From Hydrolagus affinis (lineage: Eukaryota), in assembly GCA_012026655.1 (NCBI GenBank), contig JAAILG010000411.1, positions 1 through 64,000 of the forward strand: 64,000 nt of DNA. The letters run 5' to 3'. Positions 62,986-64,000 of the stretch are shown here, piece after piece (position 1 is the first letter of the stretch; each line of letters begins with the position of its first letter). Below the pieces are notes generated by a model. That model did not search any database. It saw only the letters and a program-made list of their open reading frames with translations, and was not told the origin of the DNA. The position numbers and the translations under genes were made by a program.

Positions 62986-63305
62986 AGTAAAGTTCCATCC
63001 AGCCATATGCAATGCCAACATATGGTAATCAAACATGCTAGATTCACAAGTGTGTTGTCTACCTGAGGGGAGTGCATGCCTGCAGCAGTTAAAACTGACT
63101 TTTGTGGCAATGTGCACGAAAGAAAAATAAATGCCATGTTGGCGATCTCAACGAGAAAATTGCACCCGTTGATCCCAGCCTGCTACACGCTCATTGGCAC
63201 TGCTCATCAAACAACTTGAACTGTTATCACACGCTCCCTCTTGGCCATTTGCTCCACAATTTGCCCACGTCAGCCACATCAATGCTAAAGTGCAACACAT
63301 CAATA

Positions 63306-63685
63306 TCTTCAAATCCCTCCACTCCTCTGCACCCCCCTACCTCTCTGATCTCCTCTCTCCTCAAACGAGCTCCCGTTGCCTTCGCTCCACTGGGTCTGGC
63401 CTCCTCCACGTCCCCCGAATCCTCCGCTCCACCCTTGGGGGGCCGTGCCTTCAGCCACTACGCCCCGAGGTTCTGGCATTCCCTCACTCCCTTTGCCTCG
63501 CCCCCCCACCCCCCCCCCTCTTTTTGTAGCTTCAGGTCCCAGTTGAAGATCTTTTTCTTCGACCGCGCCTTTGGTCACCTTTCTACCCCTGCCCCTGGCT
63601 CGGTTCCGGGATCCGCTATTGTGAAGCGCTCTGAGACGCCGTCTGGCGTGGAGAGTGCTATATAAATCAAAGTTGTTGTTATTGT
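63306..63685 (+). mobile_element. Young L2 3' fragment with a 10-bp TSD
   Basis: [30 protein letters not shown]; TSD TAAAGTGCAA at 63286-63295 and 63686-63695. Confidence 0.95.
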
Positions 63686-64000
63686 TAAAGTGCAAATATT
63701 GTTAAACACCTGCTGCAGTTAGGTGATAATGGTGGGCTTTTTCTGTTATCCTGTCTTGCAAAAGATATGTGAGACATTTTCAAGCTATGAGGATATTGTT
63801 GGTCTGTTAAGGTCTATAGAAGGTAATTAGAGAGTGGTCCTTCAAGAAATTATTTATCTTTTGCTGAAGAAGATTTCAGTGCTGTGTCAAATGTCGTGTC
63901 ATTTCCAGACTTCACAAGCAGCTACTTGCCCCTGTTTCTATTGATAAGGAGAGTCAAGGTGTTAAAATAGTGTGAGAACTTCTAACCCACCTTCACTCTA

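Noticed and set aside
1-64000. Most ORFs in the supplied track as genes
   Set aside because: They are short, often start at GTG/TTG and show no recognisable domains. Recurrent peptides such as GHCCAQL and [15 protein letters not shown] are translations of the same SINE.

Overview
This is vertebrate (eukaryotic) non-coding DNA. It is most likely from a cartilaginous fish, probably a holocephalan such as Callorhinchus milii; this is inferred only from the repeat families, with no database search run. I cannot support any protein-coding gene. The only ORFs with recognisable protein similarity are decayed L2 and CR1 retrotransposon ORF2 fragments, and the rest of the ORF track looks like chance or repeat-derived frames. 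The window is dominated by a tRNA-headed Deu-domain SINE with an (ATT)n tail (two subfamilies), an older SacSINE1-like SINE, 5'-truncated L2 LINEs with (TTG)n tails and many ~65-bp L2 3' stubs. It also has CR1 remnants, AmnSINE2-like remnants, a Penelope-type palindrome, two Tigger-like MITEs, microsatellites and three 100-N gaps. Repeat-poor islands (about 4.8-5.6, 39.5-41.4 and 44-46 kb) look like regulatory or intronic conserved sequence of an unidentified large gene. The most unusual signal is a 22-bp inverted repeat about 1.07 kb apart (40010-40031 / 41078-41099) whose right arm also has a competing local partner. It lies next to a well-formed minus-strand non-coding exon candidate and a minus-strand TATA box. 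Repeat family names are recalled and need RepeatMasker/Dfam confirmation; repeat boundaries are approximate unless TSDs or TIRs are quoted.
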